This document shows, piece by piece, positions 50,239 to 58,899 of a stretch of 64,000 nt of DNA (the stretch's first letter is position 1; each line of letters begins with the position of its first letter). The position numbers and the translations under genes were made by a program. Under the pieces are notes generated by a model. It saw only the letters and a list, made by a program, of their open reading frames with translations, had not been told where the DNA came from and ran no database searches. This stretch comes from an uncultured Bacteroidales bacterium (GTDB taxonomy: Bacteria; Bacteroidota; Bacteroidia; Bacteroidales; WCHB1-69). The stretch is from contig CAMVBK010000003.1 of assembly GCA_947165685.1 (NCBI GenBank), forward strand, positions 39,299 through 103,298. The letters run 5' to 3'.

Positions 50239-50880
50239 TTATTTCCTTCCGAAATCCGCCGGAATTTCGCCCCATAGCGTCGTATTCCACTTGTAGATGG
50301 GGGTGTCGTAGGTGTTGCTGCGCAGCCAATTCTCGGCACGGGCCAACAGGTTGATGACTTCCGCCGTCTCAGCGGTGGGGCGAATCACGGAGTTGTGTTT
50401 CTTCTTGCGCACCCACGACAGGGCGGTCATGCTGTCGGTATAAATCGGAATGTCAAAGCCTTGCTGTTTGATTAGCGCAAGGCCATGCACGATGGCCAGG
50501 AACTCGCCCACGTTGTTGGTGGCATGGGGGAACGGCCCCTTGTGGAACCACTCCTTGCCGGTCTCGGTATAGACTCCGCGGTACTCCATCACTTTCGTCA
50601 CGGAATTCCACGCCGCGTCCACGGAGAGACTCCGCAAGATGGGTTTCTGCTGGTCCTGGAGCAGAAGCAACTGTTTCGCGGAATTGTTCGGGGATGGATT
50701 CTCCTTGTAGAACTTCTTGTAACCCTGCTTGAAAGCCGCCATCGCGTCAGCGCGGCTCTCAAACGACTTGTACTTGGCGTTCTCGAAATGATAGACCTGG
50801 TTCTTGCAGTCATTCCAGTTGTCGTAAACCCCAGGCGTCACCCCTTCCCACACCACATAGTATTTTTGTTGCTTTGCCAT
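50239..50880 (-). CDS. rnhA: Ribonuclease HI with N-terminal hybrid-binding (viroplasmin-like) domain
   Basis: N-domain YYVVWEGVTPGVYDNWNDCKNQV..F.NAKYKSFESRADA. RNase H core SVDAAW...TNNVGEFLAIVHGL...IYTDS. ATG 50880 was chosen. Confidence 0.8.
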   Translation of the reverse strand: MAKQQKYYVVWEGVTPGVYDNWNDCKNQVYHFENAKYKSFESRADAMAAFKQGYKKFYKENPSPNNSAKQLLLLQDQQKPILRSLSVDAAWNSVTKVMEYRGVYTETGKEWFHKGPFPHATNNVGEFLAIVHGLALIKQQGFDIPIYTDSMTALSWVRKKKHNSVIRPTAETAEVINLLARAENWLRSNTYDTPIYKWNTTLWGEIPADFGRK

Positions 50881-51037
50881 CTTAAAAATGTTATTTTTGC
50901 CGTTGCTTTTTTTCGTTTTTTGGGGTGGCAAAAGTACACAAATTTCGAATACGGGAAAAAGCAACGGAAGAGAAGCGAATCAGCGTGTTATGGCTGTGTA
51001 AATTATTGACAATAAAACAATTAAAATAGCAATTAGT

Positions 51038-51556
51038 ATGAAGAAGATAGGTTTTCAACGAGGGATTTGTGCGGCTTTCACCGCGGTCTTTCTGCTTTTT
51101 GGCATCGCTGCGTGCGACAGCTTGTCCAACCGGCGCGGCGGCAACGACATTCAGGAGGTGCGCCATGAGTTCCCGAACACCAACTGGGCTTTCGAGGAAG
51201 AGGTGCTGGACTTCAACTTTACCATCGAAGACACCGCCAAATACTATGACGTGTCCGTCGCATTGGTTTACGACACCACCGTGGCCGCTTTGCCGGACAT
51301 CCCGCTCTCCCTCACCTTGAGCACCCCCGACGGCATGAAATCATTCTCCACCAGCCATTTCCTGCTCAACCGAAAAGAGAATCCGGGCATCAAGCCCACG
51401 GGAGACGGCAACAATGCGGAAATCGACGTGGTCGTTTATCCGCGGCGCAAGTTCAAAGTCCCCGGCACCTACACCCTCACCGTCTATCGCCGCGCCGACA
51501 AAGCTGACAATTTCGGATTCGTCAGTTTGAGCGCGAAAGTCCGTGCCGTTAAATAG
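51038..51556 (+). CDS. Lipoprotein, GldH-like (tentative)
   Basis: Lipobox FGIAAC. Size and pattern (W.f...l.F.F.i.D....Y.v.v.l.......P.G) resemble gliding-motility lipoprotein GldH. Not verifiable here. Confidence 0.4.
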   Translation: MKKIGFQRGICAAFTAVFLLFGIAACDSLSNRRGGNDIQEVRHEFPNTNWAFEEEVLDFNFTIEDTAKYYDVSVALVYDTTVAALPDIPLSLTLSTPDGMKSFSTSHFLLNRKENPGIKPTGDGNNAEIDVVVYPRRKFKVPGTYTLTVYRRADKADNFGFVSLSAKVRAVK

Positions 51557-51589
51557 CATGTCATTGAATCCTGAACCTTGAACCAGCCA

Positions 51590-53194
51590 ATGCGTACCAA
51601 ATTCAACATCCCCCATACTTTCACCATTGTCTTCGGCATCATCGCCGTGTGCGCGGTCCTGACTTGGATTGTGCCTGCCGGACAATTTGACCGTCAGACG
51701 GTTACAGTTGATGGACACGAGCGCAACGTGGTGGTGGCCGACTCCTACCATCGCGTGGATTCCGCGCCCCAGACTTGGCAGGTTTTCACCGCCTTTTTCA
51801 AAGGGTTTGAGCGCACCTCCGGCATCATCGTCTTCATTTTGATGATCGGTGGCGCATTCTGGGTGATGAACGAAACCGATGCCATCAACCGGGGCATCTG
51901 GCTTTTCTTGGACAAAACCCAGCGGATGCAGCAGCACGTCCTTTTCCGAAAGGTCGGGGTCAATAATCTGTTGATTATTGCCATAATGCTGATGTTCAGT
52001 CTGTTCGGGTCGGTGTTCGGGATGAGCGAGGAGACCATCGCCTTCATTGTAGTCTTTGTACCGCTGGCCGTCTCGATGGGCTACGATTCCATCACGGGCG
52101 TACTGATGTGCTACGTGGCCGCGCACGTGGGCTTCGCGGGCGCCATGCTCAACCCCTTCACCATCGGCATTGCGCAGGGACTGTCCGGGCTGCCCACTTT
52201 CTCGGGCCTCGGCTATCGGCTGCTCTGTTGGATCATCCTGACGGTTATCGCCATTGTCTTCACGCTGATATATGCCAATTACATCAAGAAAAATCCCGAA
52301 AAGTCGCTGACATACAGCATCGACAGCTATTGGCGCGAGAAAACGGCCGTGACGGATTCGCAACGCGAGATGGTGAAATCCGGCATTCCCGCCTGGATCG
52401 TCTATGGCTGCATTTCCGCAGTCTTGATATACTGCGCCGTCGCGATGCCCTACACCGACATCACCGTCGGCATGGGCAGCCGTCGCGTGATGCTTTTCCC
52501 GATTTGGGCGGCTTTGTTCGTCGTTATCGGCTTCTTCGCAACCCGGAAATCCGTCCACCATCTGATACTTACGCTGTTGCTGTTCACGATTCTGATTCTC
52601 GTGACGGGCGTGTTGGGTTATGGCTGGTATGTGATGGAGATTGCGGGCCTCTTCTTCGCGATGGGCGTCTCCGCTGGCATCGCCTTCGGGATGAAATTCG
52701 ACAAGGTGGTCCGCAGCTTCCTGGAAGGTTGCAAAGACATTCTCGTGGCCGCGCTCGTGGTCGGTTTGGCCGGCGGCATCATCATCATTCTGGAAGACGG
52801 TCACATCATCGACACCATCCTTTACGCCGTGGCGCAGGGGATGCAAGGGGCCGGCCGCGTCGGCAGCACGGCCACCATGTACGTGATGCAGAACCTGTTG
52901 AACCTGATTATCCCGTCAGGCTCCGCCAAGGCCGCGCTCACCATCCCGATGATGGCCGAATGGTCGGATCTGATGGAGATTCCGCGGCAGCTGACGGTCC
53001 TGGCCTTCCAGTTCGGCGATGGTTTCACCAACATGATTACCCCCACGTCCGGTGTGCTTATCGGCGTGCTCGGCGTGGCGCGGATTCCCTATGCCACTTG
53101 GTTCAAGTTCATCTGGAAGTTCCTTTTGGTGCTTATCGTGTTGGGCTTCCTCTTGTTGCTCCCGCCGCTGTTCATGCCGTTCGCAGGTTTCTGA
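51590..53194 (+). CDS. YfcC family (DcuC-like) membrane transporter
   Basis: About 534 aa and polytopic. The opening MRTKFNIPHTFTIVFGIIAV..LTWIVPAGQFDR is typical of YfcC. ATG 51590 is preferred over TTG 51578. Confidence 0.8.
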   Translation: MRTKFNIPHTFTIVFGIIAVCAVLTWIVPAGQFDRQTVTVDGHERNVVVADSYHRVDSAPQTWQVFTAFFKGFERTSGIIVFILMIGGAFWVMNETDAINRGIWLFLDKTQRMQQHVLFRKVGVNNLLIIAIMLMFSLFGSVFGMSEETIAFIVVFVPLAVSMGYDSITGVLMCYVAAHVGFAGAMLNPFTIGIAQGLSGLPTFSGLGYRLLCWIILTVIAIVFTLIYANYIKKNPEKSLTYSIDSYWREKTAVTDSQREMVKSGIPAWIVYGCISAVLIYCAVAMPYTDITVGMGSRRVMLFPIWAALFVVIGFFATRKSVHHLILTLLLFTILILVTGVLGYGWYVMEIAGLFFAMGVSAGIAFGMKFDKVVRSFLEGCKDILVAALVVGLAGGIIIILEDGHIIDTILYAVAQGMQGAGRVGSTATMYVMQNLLNLIIPSGSAKAALTIPMMAEWSDLMEIPRQLTVLAFQFGDGFTNMITPTSGVLIGVLGVARIPYATWFKFIWKFLLVLIVLGFLLLLPPLFMPFAGF

Positions 53195-53290
53195 GGCAGC
53201 GTGAACAATAAATTGGAAAGCGTCACCGACTGGATATTTCCCCAAAAAACTACCAAAACAAACGCAACCTGAAAAATCTTCCAACTGATT

Positions 53291-54220
53291 ATGAAGAAGA
53301 AACTGAAACTTAAAGAGAAAATCCAGAAGTTCCGGGCATGGCGCGAGCGGCCCTGCAAGGTCGCGCCGATGTCAACCGAAGAGCACGAGTGCCTGAACTG
53401 TCATGACCATTATATCGGAAAGTACTGTCCCCGTTGTGGGCAGGCCGCAACCACACAGCGCTTTTCCATGAAGGTGGCGGCAGAGAATTTTGTCAATGAA
53501 TACGGCATGGGCGAGCGCGGAATGTTCCGTACCATCCGGGACATTATCCTGCGCCCCGGCTTTTTGATTCTCGATTACCTCCGCGGCATGAGAATGTCCT
53601 ATTTTGCCCCCTTCAAGATGTATTTTCTGCTCGCCGCCATCTCCCTCCTCGTAACCCACGGGCTGAACATCACGGGCCAGCCTCTCCAAGACGATTCCGA
53701 AGCCGACAAAGTGGAGGTGTCTGCGGGAAAGGATGCGGAAGGAACTGACAAAACGGAAACAGATGCCGCTAAAAGCTTCAAAGAAGAATATCCAAGACAA
53801 GCGAAAATACATTCCATTGTGTATGGAGTGGTAAACAAAATGGAACGTTTCGCGCAAAAATACCCCAGCATAAACATCTTGCTGATACTGATGCTCATTT
53901 CGGGAAACCTATATTTCTTTTTCCGCCACAGCCCGAACATCCCCGACCTGCGCTATCCCGAGTTGTTCATCTCGTTGGTTTATATCGCCAACATGTACAC
54001 CATCTATTCTATCGTGTTTAGTTTCTTCGGCCTGACAAAGCTGACCTCGTACGCCATTTTTCTCACGATAATCCCTCTCAAACAGATGAGCGGCTACAGC
54101 TGGTGGCGCACTATCCTGAAGACCGTGACCGCCTTCACCATCATGTTTGTACTTTTTGTCCTGTTCGTCGTAATAGCGGTGTTCTGCATCTCTATGCTCG
54201 TGAGAGCATTCGGAAGTTGA
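53291..54220 (+). CDS. DUF3667-like zinc-ribbon membrane protein
   Basis: N-terminal CLNCHDHYIGKYCPRCGQ followed by several TM helices. Confidence 0.65.
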   Translation: MKKKLKLKEKIQKFRAWRERPCKVAPMSTEEHECLNCHDHYIGKYCPRCGQAATTQRFSMKVAAENFVNEYGMGERGMFRTIRDIILRPGFLILDYLRGMRMSYFAPFKMYFLLAAISLLVTHGLNITGQPLQDDSEADKVEVSAGKDAEGTDKTETDAAKSFKEEYPRQAKIHSIVYGVVNKMERFAQKYPSINILLILMLISGNLYFFFRHSPNIPDLRYPELFISLVYIANMYTIYSIVFSFFGLTKLTSYAIFLTIIPLKQMSGYSWWRTILKTVTAFTIMFVLFVLFVVIAVFCISMLVRAFGS

Positions 54221-54243
54221 GGCCTGTGCCTCCTCCATATCCC

Positions 54244-56703
54244 TTAATTTCCCATTCCGCCGCCACTGCCTTCGCTGGCCGCGCCCTGGCGTGCCTGCTG
54301 CTCCAGCTCCATCTTGCCGAATCGCAGCGTGAAGCCCAACGACACTGAACGGGAGTTGTACTTGTAGGTGCTGTGCGAGACATAGTACGGACTGTCGTTG
54401 TTCTGGCCCCAGCGGTTCCAGTTGAAGATGTCGTTGGCGTTCAGATAGACCGACAGCTTCTTGTCGAAGAAGTCGCAACGCAGTCCCGCGTTAATGCTGT
54501 AGTAGGGCAGGGTTGTGCTGAACAACGACAAGGAGGGCGACTGATAATATCCGGACACGCTGATTTCCAGACGTTTCCATAGCTTCGCCCACACGCTGGC
54601 ATTGAAGCTGTAGGTCCACTTGTCGGCCTTGTACATCTCGCCGTTATACATCGTCTCCAAATAGGAGTAATAGACGTTCGCGTAGAAGCGGACGTTGAGC
54701 ATGGCGTTCGGGCGGTACATCGTGTTGAACTCCAGTCCCGTGTTCGACGATTTGCCGACATTCACCGGATAGGAGTAACGCACCAGTTCGCCGTAGAGGT
54801 CGTGGTAGGCGGGGACGCTGATGGTGTTGATGTCGCGGTCTTTGGCGCGGAAGTAGAGGGTGAGGCCCACTGAGCCGTACTTGGTCCAGTATTTCTGCCA
54901 GCCGGCCTCCAAGGAGTGCGTCAGGATGGACTTCAACTCCGGGTTGCCGCTGCTGAAGTCCTCCTCGTCGAATTCCACGAAGCGCGTGAGCTGGTCGGCG
55001 TCGGGGTTGCTGCTGCGGAAAGTGTAGCTCAGGCGGAAGTTGTGCATCGACTTGGTGCGGTACGACAGGTGCAGCGACGGCCGGATGTGGAAATAGTGCT
55101 TGCGGATGCCGAAGGTGTCGGGCACGATGTCGGGATAGCGCAACGTGACGTATGTGTGTTCGAGGCGCACGCCCGGCTTGATGGTGAAGTTGCCGAACTT
55201 GTGCTGCAGCGTGAAGAAGACTTGGTTTTCGAACTGCGGCGACAGGTGGAAATAGCTGCGGACAGAATCGCGCACCCACGCGCCCGCCTGCATCGTATCG
55301 ACATAGTTATAGCCTTTGTCACGCTCTATGGCGCCGTAGTAGCCCAAGGAAATCTCGCCATTCTCGGAGTAGGGCCGGTTGTAGGTCAGCTCGCCCGAGA
55401 CATTGAACGAGCTGCCGTCGTAGTCCATGAGGCGGTCGCGCTTGCTCTCGACCGGCTGGAGGAAGAGCTTGTGTAGCTCCGACTTGCTCATCCAGCCCCA
55501 CGTGCTGCCGTTCAGATCCACGGAGAGGTTGTGCCCCTTGTTGTCGAACTTGTGCTGGTAGTATGCGCCGAAACCGCCCCAGTGGCTGCGGTTACGCCCC
55601 GTTGCGTTCTCTTTGTAGAAAACGGTGTCCGGGATCAGGAAGAATTCCTGCAACTGCTCGTTGTAGCCCTTGCTGTCTCCCCAGCTCGGCCAATAGCTGC
55701 CCCAGAAGGAGAGGGTGTTCGCCGTGTCAATGTCATAGTCGAGGCTGAAGTGGATGCCGGCGCCGTACCGGTTGCCCTTGGAATAGGTCGAGTCTGTCTC
55801 GAAACTCACCATCTCGCGGCCCTCTTCGCCGGGTTGGTAGATGGTCTGGTCTCCCTTCCCGAAGTGCTTGTCCATCGAGTAGGAGAAGTTGCTGTAGAGG
55901 TTGATGGATATCTTGTCGTTGCTCCAGACGTAGGAAATCCACGGGCTCACGTATGGTTTGATGGAGGCGTTGGCACCGAAGCTGATGAACTGGTTCTTCT
56001 TGATTTTGCTGTTCGTCACGATGTTGATGATGCCGTCGGCCTTGGAACCGTAGCGGGCCGACGGGTTGGTGATGACCTCCACGTGGTCGATGCTGTTGGC
56101 GGGCATCTGCTGGAGGTAGGTCTTGAGGTTTTCTTCCGTGAGGTGCGACGGCTTGTCGTTGATCCAGACCTCGACGCTGGAGGTGCCGCGCAGGGTGACG
56201 TTGCCCTCCACGTCCACCGACACGCCCGGCGCGTTCTGCAGCACGTCGGAGGCGGTACCGGTCTGCACGGTCGGGTCCTCGGCGGTGTTGTAGTAGGTCT
56301 TCTCGCCATCCACCGCGAACAGCGGCCGCTCGCCCTTCACCACCACCTCGCCGATGGTGGCTGTCCCCGGGGTGATCTTGAGCGTGCCGAGGTCAACGTC
56401 CTTTTTGACGGAAATCATCTGCACGTAATTCTCGTAGCCCACGAAAAAGACCACCAGGCGGTAGTCGTCGTTCGGGACCATCTGCAGCTGGAAAGCGCCC
56501 TTCTCGTCGGCGGAAGTGTAGCCCACCAGCACGCTGTCGCTCTGCCGCAGCAGGCTCACATTCGCGTACTGCACGGGCTTCCCGGTTTTTACGTCCTGTA
56601 TCACGCCGGAAATTGTGTTTTGAGAAAATGCTGACAAACAGAAAGTTGTTGTTAGCAAAAAGAGGACAACTGCTTTTGAAACTGCTTTTCTTTGTTGTGT
56701 CAT
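54244..56703 (-). CDS. Outer-membrane beta-barrel (TonB-dependent-receptor-like) protein with carboxypeptidase-regulatory-like domain
   Basis: Signal peptide, then ISGVIQDVKTGKPVQYANVSL (CarbopepD_reg). The plug-like region is DVLQNAPGVSVDVEGNVTLRG, and the barrel ends in FTLRFGK. ATG 56703 was chosen. Confidence 0.8.
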   Translation of the reverse strand: MTQQRKAVSKAVVLFLLTTTFCLSAFSQNTISGVIQDVKTGKPVQYANVSLLRQSDSVLVGYTSADEKGAFQLQMVPNDDYRLVVFFVGYENYVQMISVKKDVDLGTLKITPGTATIGEVVVKGERPLFAVDGEKTYYNTAEDPTVQTGTASDVLQNAPGVSVDVEGNVTLRGTSSVEVWINDKPSHLTEENLKTYLQQMPANSIDHVEVITNPSARYGSKADGIINIVTNSKIKKNQFISFGANASIKPYVSPWISYVWSNDKISINLYSNFSYSMDKHFGKGDQTIYQPGEEGREMVSFETDSTYSKGNRYGAGIHFSLDYDIDTANTLSFWGSYWPSWGDSKGYNEQLQEFFLIPDTVFYKENATGRNRSHWGGFGAYYQHKFDNKGHNLSVDLNGSTWGWMSKSELHKLFLQPVESKRDRLMDYDGSSFNVSGELTYNRPYSENGEISLGYYGAIERDKGYNYVDTMQAGAWVRDSVRSYFHLSPQFENQVFFTLQHKFGNFTIKPGVRLEHTYVTLRYPDIVPDTFGIRKHYFHIRPSLHLSYRTKSMHNFRLSYTFRSSNPDADQLTRFVEFDEEDFSSGNPELKSILTHSLEAGWQKYWTKYGSVGLTLYFRAKDRDINTISVPAYHDLYGELVRYSYPVNVGKSSNTGLEFNTMYRPNAMLNVRFYANVYYSYLETMYNGEMYKADKWTYSFNASVWAKLWKRLEISVSGYYQSPSLSLFSTTLPYYSINAGLRCDFFDKKLSVYLNANDIFNWNRWGQNNDSPYYVSHSTYKYNSRSVSLGFTLRFGKMELEQQARQGAASEGSGGGMGN

Positions 56704-56747
56704 AATCCAAAATAATAAGATTGTTGCAAACAATTGTTTGTAATCGG

Positions 56748-56755
56748 CAAAGATA
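56748..56755 (-). promoter_or_regulatory. -7 promoter box TAtcTTTG (minus strand) with a downstream 14-bp palindrome
   Basis: The plus strand reads caaagata. The palindrome caaacaattgtttg at 56727-56740 lies between the box and ATG 56703. Confidence 0.4.
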
Positions 56756-56815
56756 TAATTTTTACCTATACGGACCGTTTCCGTTTATCCCGAAAAATTG
56801 ATCTGGGGAAATCAA

Positions 56816-57004
56816 TTAGCGTTTTCTGGGGATTCCGAGCTGTTTGCAGATTGCGTCTGCCAGCTCTTCGTCAATGTCAGCGTGCCTCGGAATGGTCGTT
56901 TTCACTTTTGTTTCCGTGTTGATGTAAACATCGTGTTTTTTGCCGTGGTTTAGAAATTCGCACTTGTATGCTTTCAGATGGTTGATGAGGACTTTTCTTT
57001 TCAC
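56816..57004 (-). CDS. hicA: Type II toxin HicA
   Basis: 62 aa. LINHLKAYKCEFLNHGKKHDVY....KTTIPRH.DI is the HicA/YcfA mRNA interferase pattern. Confidence 0.85.
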   Translation of the reverse strand: MKRKVLINHLKAYKCEFLNHGKKHDVYINTETKVKTTIPRHADIDEELADAICKQLGIPRKR

Positions 57005-57216
57005 AGTATGGCTATTTTCTTTCGGATGAATTTGTTGCCCTTTGATTTCTTTTGCGTTTCTTCTGTTTCTGTTTCCAAGATGAGGTCTATGGCGTCATGC
57101 AGGTTCTCCATGGCTTCTTCCTCCGTGTCTCCCTGGGTGAGCGCCGCCGGTAGCTGCTCACATTGGGCTATGTAATGCCCGCTTTTGGTCTTTTTCACGA
57201 TGGCTGTATATTCCAT
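57001..57216 (-). CDS. hicB: Type II antitoxin HicB
   Basis: MEYTAIVKKTKSGHYIAQCEQLPAALTQGDTEEEAMENLHDAI. Overlaps hicA by 4 nt. Confidence 0.8.
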   Translation of the reverse strand: MEYTAIVKKTKSGHYIAQCEQLPAALTQGDTEEEAMENLHDAIDLILETETEETQKKSKGNKFIRKKIAIL

Positions 57217-57294
57217 ATTTTTGCTTTTTATTAAAGAATTATTTTACGGCTGCAAAAATAATATTTTTTCATTTCAGTGCCTCAAATCTTTTTG

Positions 57295-57302
57295 TATCTT
57301 TG
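57295..57302 (+). promoter_or_regulatory. -7 promoter box TAtcTTTG
   Basis: Lies 21 nt upstream of ATG 57324. Confidence 0.45.
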
Positions 57303-57323
57303 TCCCGTTAAAATTTCAATACG

Positions 57324-58265
57324 ATGCCCCGAGGAAAATCCACATGCAAGGTCCTGAAGGAGGTGCGGCGGAGGGTCGCCGAAGCCAACAACATCCCGCT
57401 GCAGGAGCGCGAATGCACTCACACGGGCGACTGCGCGGGCACGTGCCCCTACTGCGAGTCGGAGGTGCGCTACCTCGAACGCGAACTGTCGAAACGCCGC
57501 GCCCTCGGCAAGGCCGTCGCAGTGGCGGGCATCGCGATGCTGTCGGTGGCACCGGCGGTCGCGCAGACACCGGAGACCCCTGAAGCCGGCACCGGACCGC
57601 AAAAACACGCCGGCCCGACTATCCCTGCGGCTCCGGATTCCGCGAAACCCTGCGACACCTACCGGATGATGGGCATCGTCCCGAAAGAGGTTGCTGAACA
57701 GGAAGTTGACACAGCCGCTGAATCAGACCTCCCGACAAGTTTGGACACTATAGAGGTGGTTTTTGAACCGCCTGAATTTGCTATGGACGGCACGGTGTCG
57801 GCCCCACGATCGGTCAGAAAAGACGTGTGGCGTTTCCCTTCTGAATATGGCACATTCAAGTCTTTCATGCACCGTCAATTGAAAAACAATCCGGAATTGC
57901 GGAAGTGGCTCAAGGGAAAAACGAAACTGGATCATGCAAAACGGTCAGAAATAAAACACTCCCGTGATCCTATTGAGCGTATGATGGAAAAACAATGGAA
58001 AAAAGAAAGACGTCAATATCGGAAAGAGGAGCGTTCCTCGAAGTACAAATCCGTCAATGACAATGCTTTCCTTCTGGAATTCAATCAAGACGGCGAGGTG
58101 GTGGATGTCCGTCTGCGTTTTGCGATTTCAGGAGAAGAGGACGAGCGCATGTTTGGCGCCTTTTACCGTATTATCGACAACATGCCCCGTTGGACACTCA
58201 ACCCCAAGATGTCCCCACCTACGGATATGATATTCCAGGAATATCCTTATTGGATCTTGCGGTGA
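57324..58265 (+). CDS. Cys-rich N-terminal domain / single TM / TonB-C-like periplasmic domain protein, paralog 1
   Basis: MPRGKSTCKVLKEVRRRVAEANNIPLQERECTHTGDCAGTCPYCESEVRYLE, then TM AVAVAGIAMLSVAPAVA. The C-terminus LLEFNQDGEVVDV....MPRWT resembles the TonB_C fold pattern. Confidence 0.55.
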   Translation: MPRGKSTCKVLKEVRRRVAEANNIPLQERECTHTGDCAGTCPYCESEVRYLERELSKRRALGKAVAVAGIAMLSVAPAVAQTPETPEAGTGPQKHAGPTIPAAPDSAKPCDTYRMMGIVPKEVAEQEVDTAAESDLPTSLDTIEVVFEPPEFAMDGTVSAPRSVRKDVWRFPSEYGTFKSFMHRQLKNNPELRKWLKGKTKLDHAKRSEIKHSRDPIERMMEKQWKKERRQYRKEERSSKYKSVNDNAFLLEFNQDGEVVDVRLRFAISGEEDERMFGAFYRIIDNMPRWTLNPKMSPPTDMIFQEYPYWILR

Positions 58266-58379
58266 TTATCCCGGCAGAAAAAGCGCCTTTAAACGCCATT
58301 CTTGTGTTAAAATCGGTTAAAAGTGTGGTTTGGGACGGTTTTTGAAGGAACTGGAGAAGAGTTGTGTGAGAAAAATTTA

Positions 58380-58387
58380 TACTTTTG
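58380..58387 (+). promoter_or_regulatory. -7 promoter box TActTTTG for the TA pair
   Basis: Lies 36 nt upstream of ATG 58424. Confidence 0.4.
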
Positions 58388-58423
58388 CGGCATCATTATA
58401 TCGAACGACAAAATAAACATATT

Positions 58424-58627
58424 ATGTGTACGGTAACCATTACATACGACAACAATGACACTGTCATTGCGGACTTGATTGCCAAAATCAAAAGCAGAGG
58501 GGCCGTTGTGGTGTCAAATGATGAACTGGAATATAATCCAGAATTTGTGGCAAAGGTCCAACGGGGACACGCGGCTTATTTGAACGGAGAATGTGTGAAA
58601 GTTGATGTGGATAACCTATGGAGTTAA
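58424..58627 (+). CDS. Putative antitoxin partner of the YoeB/Txe toxin
   Basis: 67 aa; overlaps the toxin start by 10 nt. No Phd/YefM motif recognised, so it is assigned by position. ATG 58424 was chosen. Confidence 0.55.
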   Translation: MCTVTITYDNNDTVIADLIAKIKSRGAVVVSNDELEYNPEFVAKVQRGHAAYLNGECVKVDVDNLWS

Positions 58628-58890
58628 TGTTTTCACCCGATGCGTTGGATGATTTGAACTATTGGAAACAATCCGGAGCGGTCATAAACCAGCGAAAAAT
58701 ACAAAAGATTTTGAAGTCCATGAAAACTGACGCGTGTTCAGGGTTAGGTCATCCGGAGCCATTGACGGGTAATTTATCCCGATATTGGTCTCGCAGGATA
58801 GATAAGAAAAACCGCATTGTGTACGAAATCTTCGAAGAGGAACAGGTAATCAACGTGGTCTCATTACGAGGTCATTATTTTGACAAGTAG
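58618..58890 (+). CDS. Txe/YoeB family type II toxin
   Basis: FSPDALDDLNYWKQSG...GLGHPEPLTGNLSRYWSRRIDKKNRIVYEI....INVVSLRGHY. Confidence 0.85.
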   Translation: MELMFSPDALDDLNYWKQSGAVINQRKIQKILKSMKTDACSGLGHPEPLTGNLSRYWSRRIDKKNRIVYEIFEEEQVINVVSLRGHYFDK

Positions 58891-58899
58891 TTATTAACG

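Noticed and set aside
57414-57458. CX3CX2C motif in the Cys-rich head as evidence for a radical SAM enzyme.
   Set aside because: The domain is about 55 aa, with no TIM-barrel-sized region and no SAM-binding GGE motif. A small zinc or Fe-S binding module is more plausible.
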